Shown piece by piece: positions 7,610-16,848 of a stretch of DNA of 32,000 nucleotides. Numbering within the stretch: position 1 is the first letter of the stretch; each line of letters opens with the position of its first letter. Source of the stretch: Phycisphaera mikurensis NBRC 102666 (lineage in GTDB: Bacteria; Planctomycetota; Phycisphaerae; Phycisphaerales; Phycisphaeraceae); contig NC_017080.1 of NCBI RefSeq assembly GCF_000284115.1, positions 1,560,001 through 1,592,000 of the forward strand. Direction: 5' to 3'. The notes under the pieces were generated by a model, which saw nothing but the letters and a program-made list of their open reading frames with translations, did no database searches and had not been told where the DNA came from. Made by a program: the position numbers and the translations under genes.

Positions 7610-8950
7610 TCAGGCGCGGCGGCGGCGGCCCAGCAGGAGCGCCCCGGCGCCCGCGAGGACCACGGCCGAGGCGGGCTCGGGCACGGTGACCGAGAAGATG
7701 CCCGAGCCGCCGGCGTTGGTGGTGCCGGCGAAGTAGACGTCGAAGACGCCACCCACCGAAGAGGTGATGCCCAGCACGTCCGTGAAGTTCTCGAAGCTGG
7801 CGAGGCTGGCGATGCCGTTGCTCGTGTCGACCGCGTCGCCGATGGAGAAGACGGCCTCGCCGTCGACCACGAGCGTGTCGGGGTTGTTGATGCCGTCGTC
7901 GTCGGTGTCGACGAGCGTGGCGTAGTTCCCGGTCGCGGAGAGTTCCGCGGCGTCGAAGCCGTCGAAGATCGTGCGGCCACCAACGGTGTCGCCGGACTGC
8001 AGCACGATCTCGCCGTCGAGGGCGAGGAACTCGACGGTCTCGGTGGAACCCGGGTCGCTGTTGTCGTCGTAGTCGCCGGTGAAGAGGTAGGCGCCGGCGT
8101 CATTCACCCCGAAGCGGAAGAAGTTGTCCCAGACCGCGTCGGCGACGCCGGGAACGGCCATGCCCTCCTGGATCGCCGAGCCGTCGCTTCCGGTCGCGGT
8201 GGTGACGGTCCCCGTCGTCAGGTCGGCGATGACAACGAAGTCGTCCGTGGCCGAGGGCTCGCTGCCGACGCTGACCCGCGTGGCTGCGAAGAGTCCCCCG
8301 CTGGACACCTCGTAGTCCGAATCGATCTGATCGATGAGTGCGGTGGTCCCCGGGCCCGTCGAGATGGACGTCGTCGCGCCGGCGTTGCCGAAGACGAACT
8401 GCAGCGCCGTGGCGCTCCCGCCGTCGGTGAAGAGGGCGGTGGCGGAGTTGCTGGTCGGCGGGTTCGTGCTGGAGAAGAAGACCAGCTCGCCGGCCGCGGT
8501 CAGCTGCGGGCGGGCCGGGATGCGGTAGACGCCAAGCGCCGAATCGGCGGCGACGCTGTCGCCCTGCGTGAGGACGCGGCTGCCGTCCCGGAAGATCGCC
8601 GAGTCGTTGGAGCCCGGGCCGCCGATCCGGTAGACCACCGAGCCCGCGGCGTCGATGCCGGGGGCGCCCGCGAAGTCGTTGATGTCCGCGCCTTCCTCGT
8701 CCACGAGGGCCAGCCCGCCGGGGCCGGCGGTGAAGACGAACTCGTTCGCCGAGGAGCCGGTCCCGTCGCCGGTGAGCGCCGCGACCTGACCCGCGGCGTT
8801 CACGTTGAAGCCCTGGATCTCGCCGATCGTCTGGCCGCCGACGGTGGTGCCCGACTCGACGACCGCCGTGGCGGTTTGAGCGAAGGCGGAGGGGGCCGCG
8901 GGGACGGCGGCGGCGAGCGCGAGCGTTGCGAGGCGGGAGCGGGTGGTCAT
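7610..8950 (-). CDS. PEP-CTERM-anchored secreted repeat protein
   Basis: ATG 8950 with GGAGA 6 nt upstream. Signal peptide [24 protein letters not shown]. The C-terminal PEP-CTERM sorting signal is [24 protein letters not shown]. The body is Gly/Thr/Asp-rich with a recurring GxTVGGxTI...F motif. Confidence 0.8.
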   Translation of the reverse strand: MTTRSRLATLALAAAVPAAPSAFAQTATAVVESGTTVGGQTIGEIQGFNVNAAGQVAALTGDGTGSSANEFVFTAGPGGLALVDEEGADINDFAGAPGIDAAGSVVYRIGGPGSNDSAIFRDGSRVLTQGDSVAADSALGVYRIPARPQLTAAGELVFFSSTNPPTSNSATALFTDGGSATALQFVFGNAGATTSISTGPGTTALIDQIDSDYEVSSGGLFAATRVSVGSEPSATDDFVVIADLTTGTVTTATGSDGSAIQEGMAVPGVADAVWDNFFRFGVNDAGAYLFTGDYDDNSDPGSTETVEFLALDGEIVLQSGDTVGGRTIFDGFDAAELSATGNYATLVDTDDDGINNPDTLVVDGEAVFSIGDAVDTSNGIASLASFENFTDVLGITSSVGGVFDVYFAGTTNAGGSGIFSVTVPEPASAVVLAGAGALLLGRRRRA

Positions 8951-9051
8951 GGGGTTTCTCCGGTCGGGGCGAAAATTTGCTGCGCCGGTGCGCACGCCGG
9001 ATTATGCTGCAAGACCCGCACAGACGCAACCCGTCTTCTAGGACCATCACC

Positions 9052-9861
9052 ATGAAACCTGCTGGTGCCCGACGAGCACGCTTTCAACCCGCCGCGTTCA
9101 CCCTGATCGAGCTGCTGGTGGTGATCTCGATCATCGCGCTGCTGGTGGGGATCCTGCTGCCGGCGCTCGGGAAGGCCCGAGAATCAGCACGCGCCTCGGT
9201 GTGCCAGTCGAACCTGAAGCAGCTGGGCATCGCGGGCCACGCCTACGCGACCGACTTCGACGGCTTCCCGCCGGGCGACGAAGCCCTGGGCGGTGCTTCG
9301 ATCCGCATGGGAGCGGGCGTCGACGGCGGCAACCACCCCAAAGCTTCGCTTCGCAACCCGGGCGTGGAGGAGACCTTCGGCCTCTCCTCCGTCTACGCCC
9401 GCCAGGGCTACATGGACCCTGGCGCAGGGTGGATCTGCCCGTCGCAGTACGCGGTGGTCGGCGGCAGCGGGTACGACTTCGCGATGGCCGAGTGGGGGAA
9501 CACGTACCTCGTGCAGACCGTCGACAAGCGGATCGAGCAGATGATGCTGGAGACCGACGCCAGCAAGACGCCGGTGCCCTGGGCGAAAGACAATTGGCTC
9601 CGGTACCCCGGCCAAGCGGGCAACTACGTCCCGGGGCGGAACAGCGATGCCGACAAGGGTGGCAGCCTCCCGTGGAGCGTCCGCGGTGCGGCCATCCCCC
9701 ACCGCGGAGCCGGGGGCATCAAGACCGAGGGGCTGAGCACGTTCACCGCGTGGCAGGACGCTTTCGCGCCGGTGATGGGCACGTTGAACGTCGACAAGAT
9801 CGCCGGCCAGAACAAGCTTTTCTACGACGGACACGTCGAGGCGGTGTATCAGGATGGCTGA
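9052..9861 (+). CDS. Prepilin-type N-terminal cleavage/methylation-domain protein, DUF1559 family
   Basis: ATG 9052. The leader is followed by [29 protein letters not shown] and then [17 protein letters not shown]. The C-terminal motif is [10 protein letters not shown]. This architecture is typical of planctomycetal DUF1559 pseudopilin-like proteins. Confidence 0.85.
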   Translation: MKPAGARRARFQPAAFTLIELLVVISIIALLVGILLPALGKARESARASVCQSNLKQLGIAGHAYATDFDGFPPGDEALGGASIRMGAGVDGGNHPKASLRNPGVEETFGLSSVYARQGYMDPGAGWICPSQYAVVGGSGYDFAMAEWGNTYLVQTVDKRIEQMMLETDASKTPVPWAKDNWLRYPGQAGNYVPGRNSDADKGGSLPWSVRGAAIPHRGAGGIKTEGLSTFTAWQDAFAPVMGTLNVDKIAGQNKLFYDGHVEAVYQDG

Positions 9862-11044
9862 TCGGCGGGCGGTGGCGCTGCCCGCGGTCGCCGCGGGCTT
9901 GGTGGCGGGCCTGGGCCTGCTCGCCGGAGCGACCGCGCCCGCGGACGATCCCTCCGCGGCCGACCTCCGCGCGATCTACAGCCAGCCGCCGGCGGCGTGG
10001 CCGGCGGCCACCGTGGACGAGGGGGTGGAGCCGCGGGAGCTGGGCCTGCTGCCGGAACTGCCCGAAGCGGACGAGAAGCTCGTCGGGCTCGGCGAGATGC
10101 TCTTCTTCGATCCGCGGCTCTCGACGACCGGGCAGATGGCCTGCGCCAGCTGCCACGACCCGGACCTGGGTTGGGCCGACGGGCGGACGACCAGCTTCGG
10201 CTTCCGGCGGACGCAGCTCCCGCGGAACGCCCCGACGATCCAGAACAGCGGGCACCTGCACCCGCTGTTCTGGGACGGGCGGGCCGGGAGCCTCGAGGAG
10301 CTGACGCTCGAGGTCATCGAGCACCCCGACGAGATGCGTGGCACCGGCACGGCGGTGGTCGAGCGGCTGTCGGCGGTGCCGGCGTACGCCGAGGCCTTCG
10401 CCGAGATCCCGGGCGAGCCCGGCGTCACGATCGAGAAGGTGACCTCCGCCGTCGCCGCGTTCTGCCGCAGCGTCAACGGCGGGAAGAGCCGCTTCGACGC
10501 CTTCCTGCGCGGGCGGGAGACGGCGCTGACCGACGCGGAGCTGCGGGGCTTGCACCTCTACCGCACCGAGGCGAGGTGCATGAACTGCCACGACGGCCCG
10601 GAGATGAGCGACGGCAAGCTGCACGTCACCGGGCTGTCGCTGTCGGGCACGCCGCGGGAGGACCTCGGCGCCTACGCCGTGACCGGGAGGCCCGAGGACA
10701 GCGGCGCCTTCCGCACGCCGACGCTGCGGAACATCGCCAAGACCGGCCCGTACATGCACCACGGCCTCTTCGAGAGCCTGCCCGTCACGCTCCGCGCGTA
10801 CAACGGCGGGATGCCCACCCAGCGGGACCGCATCAACGACCCCGCCGACCCCGTGCCGGTGAAGAGCCCGCTGCTGCACGAGCTGGGGCTGGACGACGCG
10901 CAGCTCGGAGACCTCGAGGCCTTCCTCCGCTCGACCACCGAGCCGCACCGCCTGGTGCTGCCCCCGGACCTCCCGCCGCACGCCGACGACGCTCCGCCGC
11001 CGGCGATTCCTCCTGACGCCGAGGCCGGCCACGCGAGGCCGTAG
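9854..11044 (+). CDS. Di-haem cytochrome c peroxidase (CCP/MauG family)
   Basis: Two CxxCH haem motifs (CASCHDP, CMNCHDG). Family motifs [20 protein letters not shown] and [19 protein letters not shown] are present. The ATG at 9854 overlaps the upstream gene by 8 nt (ATGGCTGA). Confidence 0.9.
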   Translation: MADRRAVALPAVAAGLVAGLGLLAGATAPADDPSAADLRAIYSQPPAAWPAATVDEGVEPRELGLLPELPEADEKLVGLGEMLFFDPRLSTTGQMACASCHDPDLGWADGRTTSFGFRRTQLPRNAPTIQNSGHLHPLFWDGRAGSLEELTLEVIEHPDEMRGTGTAVVERLSAVPAYAEAFAEIPGEPGVTIEKVTSAVAAFCRSVNGGKSRFDAFLRGRETALTDAELRGLHLYRTEARCMNCHDGPEMSDGKLHVTGLSLSGTPREDLGAYAVTGRPEDSGAFRTPTLRNIAKTGPYMHHGLFESLPVTLRAYNGGMPTQRDRINDPADPVPVKSPLLHELGLDDAQLGDLEAFLRSTTEPHRLVLPPDLPPHADDAPPPAIPPDAEAGHARP

Positions 11045-11158
11045 GCGGGTGGGCGCAGGGCCCGGCCCGGCCCGGCCCGCCGGCGCCGGGGCTGCTGGGG
11101 CCGCGCGCGACCGCGGGGCGGGTGAGCCTTCCGCTCGGAGCGCCCTTTTGGGGCTGCA

Positions 11159-13558
11159 TCAGCCGGTCAGCCGGACGTCGAAGTTCCTGCCGAGCCCGCC
11201 GCCGTCCGCGTGGTGCAGGGTGAAGCGGAGCGTGCCGCCGGCGGGCAGGTCGGCGGGTCGGAGTTCGGCGGCGTGAACGAGGGGGAGCGGGGCGGTGAGC
11301 GGGGTGTCGGTGGAGGTGTCCCACCCGTCGACGGTCCAGCGGAGGGTGCCGGGGCGGTCGGAGACGATACGCAGCGGCTTGGCGGCGTCGGCCTCGGCGA
11401 TGGGGTGGGCGGGGCACCAGAAGGTGGCGTCGAAGCCGCGCCGGCCGTCCCGGGCGTACCGGTCGTGGCAGGGGCCGATGCGGTCGAAGGGTTCGCCGTC
11501 GCAGAGGCTCCGGGCGAGGTTCAGGTAGGTCGCGTGCGACCAGCACAGCGGCATCGCCGACCCGGCGGGGCCGCCGAACTCCAGATCGTGGTCGGGGTCG
11601 TCGGGGAAGCGCCAGAGCTGCTCGGGCAGCATCCCGCCGGGGTTGGCGAACGCGGCGAGCGCGTCGAGGTAGGGCCCGGCGGGCTCGCCGGCGGCGAGGG
11701 CGTAGAGGCCGCGCTCGCCGGTGAGCAGCGGCCAGCAGCCGCCCACGCCCTCGGTGTCGAAGGCGGAGCCGTCCCGCTTCTGCCCGTAGCCGTCGTGGTT
11801 GTAGCGGAGGTAGCCGGGGCCGCCGGGCAGGTCGTGCTTGAGCACGGCGTCGGCCACGCGCACGCTGGCGGCGACGGTGGCGTCGTCGGCGGGGCGGACG
11901 CCGTAGCGGACGAGCTGGAGGAAGCCCAGATCGACGACGTCGCGCGCCGGGTGGGTCCCCCCGCCGTTCTTCAGCCGCACCTCGGCGGTATCCACGGATC
12001 CGGGCACGGGCGTGTCGCCCGCCTCGGCGGGGTTGATGCGGACGAAGTGCCGCGGCTCGCCATCGACGAGCGTGCCGCGGGTGGTGACGGTCCAGGCCTC
12101 GACGTGCGCGGCGAGCCAATCGGCGTAATCGTGCACGAAGGCCGCGGCTGCGGCCTCGCCGGCCTCCGCGAAGCCCTCGGCCGCGACGCAGAGGGCGGCG
12201 ACGCAGGTCGCCAGCGTGGAGGGCGAGTAGCCGCTGTTCTCCTCCCAGCGTTCCTGCGGCGTCACCGGGCCGCTGTGGATGAGCTTCGCCGCGGCCCGCC
12301 GGACGACCGCGGGCGTGGCCAGGCCCTCGCAGGCGCCGGCGCGGCGGAGACGCCAAGCCAGCAGCGCGGGCGCGGCGACCTCGTCGAGCTGCAGGCCCGG
12401 CCAGAAGGGCTCGCCGTCGAGCCAGGCGTTCTGCGGGATGCCGCCGTCGGCTTGCTGCAGGCAGGCGAGGTAGGTCATCGCCCGCCGCGGCGTCGCGGTC
12501 TCGCCGGCGGCGAGCAGGGCGGTGGCGGCGTGCAGGAGGTCGCGCGGCCAGACGAGGTGGTAGCCGCCGGGGTCGGCGTCGCTCTGGTGCGCGCCCCAGG
12601 GGATCGACAGCGAGGCGGTCATCGCGCCCTGGTAGGTCTTGTCCTCGTGAGCGAGCAGCACGCAGCGGGACAGGCGGGCGAGGCCGCCGCCGTCGCCGCA
12701 CTGCGCCTCCAGCCGGTTCAGCGTGCCGTCGCAGCCGTCGTCGAGGCGCTTCCACTGGCGCAGGAAGCTCTCCCGCTTCTCGTCGAAGCGGTCGCCGAGG
12801 GCCTGGAGCAGCGCGCAGGCGGAGCTGGTGGCGGAGTCGCCGAAGCCCAGCCCGAGCACGGCGGTGCGGCCGGGCGCCGAGAGGTCCAGCTCGCCGGTGA
12901 GGGCGACGGTGCCGTCGCGGGCCTCCGTGAAGCTCCACGCGAGGTCGAAGCCGTCCTGGAGGTCCTGGTAGCCGTCGCTGGAGCCGCTGTACCCCACCGA
13001 GCGGCGGAGGAAGCCGGGGCGGGCTCCCATCGCCAGGTGCGTGCCGTCGCGCCAGGCACGCAGCAGCGGCTCGCCGGCGAGGTCGCAGGCGGCGGCGTGG
13101 TTGCCGCGGCCCGAGCCCCCGGCGTGGGGGGCGAGCAGGGCGAAGACGCGCAGCTTCTCCGCATAGGTGGAATCGAGGACCTCCAGCCGGATCCGCTGGA
13201 GCAGCACCGGCTGGTGCGGGTCGCTCAGCACGTCCTTCACCACGCGGTAGCGGCCGCCGGGATCGGTGTTGGTGAGGCGGTAGGCGAGGGTGTCTTCGTC
13301 GGGCCGCTCGACGGCGTGCGTCAGGTCGCGGCGCTCCTCGTGGAGGAACGTCTCGCCGTCGGTGATGAGCAGCTGGAGGTCGCGGGTGTTCGGCTGATCG
13401 GCGGTCGGGTGGTAGACCTCGTTGACGACGCCGTGGCTGAGCGTGAACCAGAGGCGTGAGGCGGTGTGGTAGGCGGTGCCCACGCCGACCTTCGCGCTCG
13501 ACGTCCACCGGGGTTCGATGCCCGGGGCGCCGAAGGCTTCGCTCGGAGGGTCGGGCAT
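11159..13558 (-). CDS. Glycoside hydrolase family 15 glucoamylase (glucan 1,4-alpha-glucosidase/glucodextranase-like)
   Basis: 799-aa ORF. The N-terminal beta-sandwich domain has a bacterial-glucoamylase pattern (GAPGIEPRWTSSAKVGVGTAY...LWFTLSHGVVNEVYHP). The catalytic (alpha/alpha)6 region shows GGYHLVWPRDLLHAATALLAAGE and GMLPEQLW. Confidence 0.85.
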   Translation of the reverse strand: MPDPPSEAFGAPGIEPRWTSSAKVGVGTAYHTASRLWFTLSHGVVNEVYHPTADQPNTRDLQLLITDGETFLHEERRDLTHAVERPDEDTLAYRLTNTDPGGRYRVVKDVLSDPHQPVLLQRIRLEVLDSTYAEKLRVFALLAPHAGGSGRGNHAAACDLAGEPLLRAWRDGTHLAMGARPGFLRRSVGYSGSSDGYQDLQDGFDLAWSFTEARDGTVALTGELDLSAPGRTAVLGLGFGDSATSSACALLQALGDRFDEKRESFLRQWKRLDDGCDGTLNRLEAQCGDGGGLARLSRCVLLAHEDKTYQGAMTASLSIPWGAHQSDADPGGYHLVWPRDLLHAATALLAAGETATPRRAMTYLACLQQADGGIPQNAWLDGEPFWPGLQLDEVAAPALLAWRLRRAGACEGLATPAVVRRAAAKLIHSGPVTPQERWEENSGYSPSTLATCVAALCVAAEGFAEAGEAAAAAFVHDYADWLAAHVEAWTVTTRGTLVDGEPRHFVRINPAEAGDTPVPGSVDTAEVRLKNGGGTHPARDVVDLGFLQLVRYGVRPADDATVAASVRVADAVLKHDLPGGPGYLRYNHDGYGQKRDGSAFDTEGVGGCWPLLTGERGLYALAAGEPAGPYLDALAAFANPGGMLPEQLWRFPDDPDHDLEFGGPAGSAMPLCWSHATYLNLARSLCDGEPFDRIGPCHDRYARDGRRGFDATFWCPAHPIAEADAAKPLRIVSDRPGTLRWTVDGWDTSTDTPLTAPLPLVHAAELRPADLPAGGTLRFTLHHADGGGLGRNFDVRLTG

Positions 13559-13634
13559 GGCGCGACGCTAGCGCCATGCTGTGCGTCGCGGCGCCGGGTG
13601 CAATGATCCGCTGCGTGCCGCGTTGGAGGTCCAG

Positions 13635-14306
13635 ATGCCCATCCCACCCCGCTCCCGGACGCTCCCTCGGCGGGGCTTCACGCTCCTCGAGCTGCTCGTG
13701 GTGATCTCGGTCGTCGCGCTCCTGATCGGGATCCTGCTGCCGGTGCTGGCGGCGGCGCGGACCACGGCCCGCCGGGTCACCTGCAGCGGCAACCTGCGGC
13801 AGATGGGCGTCGCGATGGAGAGCTACACCCAGCTGTTCGACGGGTACTACCCGCTGGCGCGCCCCGTGGCGAAGCCCTTCGCGCCTTACGCGTACCACCC
13901 GGCGGACGCCGGGCCCGCCTTCGCCGGCCGGGAGCTGCCGGAGCTGGCCGCGACGATGGCGTCGGTGGGGCTGGAGCCTCCCCGGGCGGACGACCCCGAC
14001 AGCGTCTACCACTGCCCCGACGACGAGACCGTCTTCCCCGTGTCGGCCAACAGCTACGCCTACTCGGGCTTCCTCCGCGGCGAGACGCTGGAGGCGATGC
14101 TGGCGCGCGGCTTCGTGTCGCGGCGGAACATGGACGCCAGCGACGTCTTCGTGATGATGGACTTCGACGGCGAGGAGGGCGGCAGCGACTTCGTCCTGCT
14201 GCCCGCGCCCGACGGCCCGGGCGGCTCGATGGTGGTGCCCAAGCGCCACTTCAAGCGGAACATCCTCTTCGCCGACGGGCACGTGGGCTTCGACCTCGAC
14301 TCCTAG
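13635..14306 (+). CDS. Prepilin-type N-terminal cleavage/methylation-domain protein, DUF1559 family (short)
   Basis: ATG 13635 with GGAGG 5-6 nt upstream. GFTLLELLVVISVVALLIGILLPVLAAAR is followed by TCSGNLRQMGVAMESY. The C-terminal motif is ILFADGHVGF. Confidence 0.8.
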   Translation: MPIPPRSRTLPRRGFTLLELLVVISVVALLIGILLPVLAAARTTARRVTCSGNLRQMGVAMESYTQLFDGYYPLARPVAKPFAPYAYHPADAGPAFAGRELPELAATMASVGLEPPRADDPDSVYHCPDDETVFPVSANSYAYSGFLRGETLEAMLARGFVSRRNMDASDVFVMMDFDGEEGGSDFVLLPAPDGPGGSMVVPKRHFKRNILFADGHVGFDLDS

Positions 14307-14363
14307 GCGTGGCCGTCGCCGGCTCCGTGGCCCGGACTCATCCCACCCCAACCCCGCTCGCAG

Positions 14364-14930
14364 GTGAACGAAGCCATGCCCGACGCCCAACCCCCCGGCC
14401 GCCTCAGCGTCTCCGCGCACGACGTCGCCGGCGAACGCCGCACCAAGCGGCTCAAGAGCCTCGCGATCGTCGCCGCCGGCTCGATCGTCCTGGCGGCGGG
14501 CGCGGCGGGCGCCCGGTGGCTGATGCCGCCGCCGATGCCGGCCACCCTGGCCGACGCCGAGGCGCTGGTGGCCTCGGGCCGGTTCCAGCGCCTCTCCAGC
14601 GAGCAGAAGCGCCCGTACCTCGACGTGATCCGCGAGCAGTTCGGCTCGCTGGATCCCGAGCAGCGGCGGGCTCTCCGCGGCAGCGAGGCCGCCCGGGCCG
14701 CCCGCGGCCGGGAGCGGAGCGAGCGGTTGGCCGCCTTCTCGGTGATGACCCACGCCCAGCGGCAGGCGATGGGGAACCCCTGGGCCGCGCGGCCCGAGCG
14801 GCCCGAGGGCCGCGGCGAGCGGGGCCCCTCCCGCGATCGCCTCTCCGACCGGATGCAGAACGGGAATGCGCAGGACATGGCAACCATCGCGGAGATGGTG
14901 AACCAGATGCGGGAACATCGGGGCTCCTGA
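14364..14930 (+). CDS. Hypothetical membrane-anchored protein
   Basis: 188-aa ORF starting at GTG 14364 (alternative ATG 14376). It has one predicted TM helix (LAIVAAGSIVLAAGAAGA) and a charged Arg/Glu-rich tail. Third-position GC is high. I recognise no family. Confidence 0.45.
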   Translation: MNEAMPDAQPPGRLSVSAHDVAGERRTKRLKSLAIVAAGSIVLAAGAAGARWLMPPPMPATLADAEALVASGRFQRLSSEQKRPYLDVIREQFGSLDPEQRRALRGSEAARAARGRERSERLAAFSVMTHAQRQAMGNPWAARPERPEGRGERGPSRDRLSDRMQNGNAQDMATIAEMVNQMREHRGS

Positions 14931-15132
14931 ACCCGCGGATTGCGGGCCGGAACGCGGTTCGAACGCGACGGTCCGCGGCGCGGAAGATTCTCGTGCCTCC
15001 GAAGGCGCCGCTTCGGGAGAACCCGGATAGCGTCGAGCGGCGGCGGCCCCCCGGGGGACCCGGTGACCCCGCCCTCCGCCACGCCCGGGGCAGCGTGTGG
15101 CGGAGCCGACGCCCTCCTTCCCGAGCACGACC

Positions 15133-15528
15133 ATGATCGCCTCGCCCGTCCAGACCGGCTTCCGGACGCTCCGCCACGCCCCCGCGCCGCGGGAGCGGGT
15201 CTCCTCTTTCCCGGACCGCGCGATCCTCCGGGTCCCGCGGCGGGAGGCGGTCTGGTCCTTCGGCGCCCGCGTCCGCGACGCGGACGCGGTCTTCCTGGTC
15301 CTCTCCGAAGAGGGCCGGCCCAGCCGCTGGACGGAGATGGAGGCGGAGCCGTCGGGCGAGTGGACCGCACGGCTCCCGATCGCCGGCGGCGTGCTGCGGG
15401 CGACGCTCTACGTGCAGCGGGGCACGACGATGATCAACGCGGGCGGCCGGGAGCTCCGGATCCGCCCGCCCGCCGGGGAACTGGGCGGTGCCCGGGTCGA
15501 GCCGGCGCGTGAGGCGTGGTCCGCCTGA
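15133..15528 (+). CDS. Hypothetical protein (possible small beta-sandwich domain)
   Basis: The ATG at 15133 gives 131 aa with high third-position GC. It shows only a weak by-eye resemblance to E-set/CBM48-type domains (AVFLVLSEEGRPSRWTEMEAEPSGEWTARLPIAGGVLRATLYV). Both the start and the function are uncertain. Confidence 0.35.
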   Translation: MIASPVQTGFRTLRHAPAPRERVSSFPDRAILRVPRREAVWSFGARVRDADAVFLVLSEEGRPSRWTEMEAEPSGEWTARLPIAGGVLRATLYVQRGTTMINAGGRELRIRPPAGELGGARVEPAREAWSA

Positions 15529-15613
15529 CCCGGGCCGCCGGCTGGCCGCCGCCCGCGGGTGGCGTAGCCTGGCCACGACCCGCTCGCCCGCCGCTCGCCG
15601 AACGCCGCCCGCC

Positions 15614-16810
15614 ATGATCCTTTACGTCCTGAGGGGTGCGTTTCTGATCCTGGTGGCGGCGGTGATCACGCTGTACGCCAACAGCGAGTTCCAGCAGCTC
15701 GCCGGCCTGACCTTCATCGGGGTCTCCTCCATCATCGCGGGGGTCGTCGCCGTCGCCGCGGGGGTGATCGCGCTGGACGTGTGGATCCGCGAGAAGCGGC
15801 TGTCCGCGATCTCCGGCGTCTTCCTCGGGCTGCTCGCGGGCCTCCTCGCGGCGTACGCGCTGTCGTTCGTGGTCGACCTCATCGGCGTCTACGGCGCGCC
15901 GGAATCCGGCCCGCGCCGCGAAGCCTTCTTCGACCTTCTGCAAGGGCTGAAGGTGGTGATCGGCCTGGTCACCTGCTACATCGCGATGTCGCTGGTGCTG
16001 CAGACCAAGGACGACTTCCGCTTCGTGATCCCGTACGTGGAGTTCGCGAAGGAGATCCGCGGGAGCCGCCCGACGCTGCTCGACACGTCGGTCATCGTCG
16101 ACGGCCGCGTGCTCGACATCGCCGACACGAAGGTGATGCAGGGGGCGATCGTGGTGCCGCGGTTCGTGCTCGATGAGCTGCAGAAGATCTCCGACGCCTC
16201 GGACAAGCTCAAGCGGGCCCGCGGACGCCGCGGGCTCGACCGGCTCCAGAAGCTGCGCGACCACCCCGACCTCGAGGTCCGCATCGACGACACGCCCGAC
16301 CGCGAGGCCGCGGACGCCGGGGTCGACGCGCGGCTGATCGCGGCGGCCCGGCGGATGCGCGGCCGGCTGATGACCAACGACTTCAACCTGGCGAAGGTGG
16401 CGAAGCTGCGGGGCGTCGACGTCATCAACCTCAACGACCTCGCTCGGGCCCTCCGCCCGGTGCTTCTGCCCGGGGAGCAGGTCCAGGTGCGGCCGGTGAA
16501 GCTCGGCGAGGGGGCCGGCCAGGGCGTGGGCTACCTCGAGGACGGCACGATGGTGGTGGTCGACGGGGGCCGGGACCGCCTCCACGAGCTCGTCGAGGCG
16601 ACGGTGACCTCGGCGCTGCAGACCTCCGCCGGCCGCATGATCTTCGCGACGCTCCACGAGGGCCCCGGCGTGGGCGATTCGATGGCGGGGCTGCCGCGGC
16701 CGGGCACCAAGAAGAAGCCGCCGCCGGACCCGGGGGACTCGACGCCGGGGGCGCAGCCGCCCCGCGGGCGGGACGGGTCGCGGCCGAGCCGACGCAACCC
16801 CCGACGCTGA
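15614..16810 (+). CDS. Membrane-associated PIN and TRAM domain protein (YacL-like)
   Basis: ATG 15614. The N-terminus has ~4 hydrophobic helices. The PIN domain reads LLDTSVIVDGRVLDIADT...VVPRFVLDELQ...LMTNDFNLAKVAKLRGVDVINLNDLA. The TRAM-like C-terminal part reads GEQVQVRPVKLGEGAGQGVGYLEDGTMVVVDGG. Confidence 0.8.
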   Translation: MILYVLRGAFLILVAAVITLYANSEFQQLAGLTFIGVSSIIAGVVAVAAGVIALDVWIREKRLSAISGVFLGLLAGLLAAYALSFVVDLIGVYGAPESGPRREAFFDLLQGLKVVIGLVTCYIAMSLVLQTKDDFRFVIPYVEFAKEIRGSRPTLLDTSVIVDGRVLDIADTKVMQGAIVVPRFVLDELQKISDASDKLKRARGRRGLDRLQKLRDHPDLEVRIDDTPDREAADAGVDARLIAAARRMRGRLMTNDFNLAKVAKLRGVDVINLNDLARALRPVLLPGEQVQVRPVKLGEGAGQGVGYLEDGTMVVVDGGRDRLHELVEATVTSALQTSAGRMIFATLHEGPGVGDSMAGLPRPGTKKKPPPDPGDSTPGAQPPRGRDGSRPSRRNPRR

Positions 16811-16848
16811 CGCCCCGGCGGCGGGCGCAGCCCGTGCGCGACCCGCTT

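Noticed and set aside
6646-8103. Full 485-aa version of the rhodanese ORF
   Set aside because: The upstream 175 aa are a Thr/Pro/Ser/Ala-rich read-through that lies antisense-frame over the 3' part of the PEP-CTERM gene. The internal ATG at 7578 gives a canonical signal peptide and has a GGAG upstream.
8951-9051. Sigma-70-type promoter (TTGCTG ... TATGCT) and GTGCGCAC palindrome in the relatively AT-richer divergent region
   Set aside because: The spacer lengths (18-20 nt) and the -10 matches are poor, and planctomycetal promoter consensus is not well defined. An 8-bp GC palindrome is expected by chance in this composition.
11045-11158. Terminator between the convergent peroxidase and glucoamylase genes
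   Set aside because: I found only short (3-4 bp) or irregular GC stems (GCCC-TTTT-GGGC) and a run of GGCCC repeats. Nothing is convincing enough to call.
14925-14975. tRNA-like T-arm (CGCG-GTTCGAA-CGCG) and adjacent hairpin CCCGC-GGATT-GCGGG
   Set aside because: No matching acceptor stem could be found. The candidate anticodon loop has 5 nt, and the alternative 7-nt register lacks the conserved U33. These are most likely just GC-rich hairpins downstream of the stop at 14930.
10833-15134. 1433-aa minus-strand ORF. Similar giant ORFs in the track: 23789-27439 (-), 27335-30253 (+), 27480-30497 (-), 17850-20615 (+), 18244-20904 (-), 25072-27483 (+), 28813-31257 (+, upstream part) and 934-2292 (-).
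   Set aside because: Their translations are Arg/Pro/Gly/Ala-rich low-complexity strings with no recognisable domains. They overlap, off-frame or antisense, ORFs that carry clear family motifs and near-saturated third-position GC. In DNA above 70% GC, stop codons are rare in every frame, so ORF length alone is not evidence.
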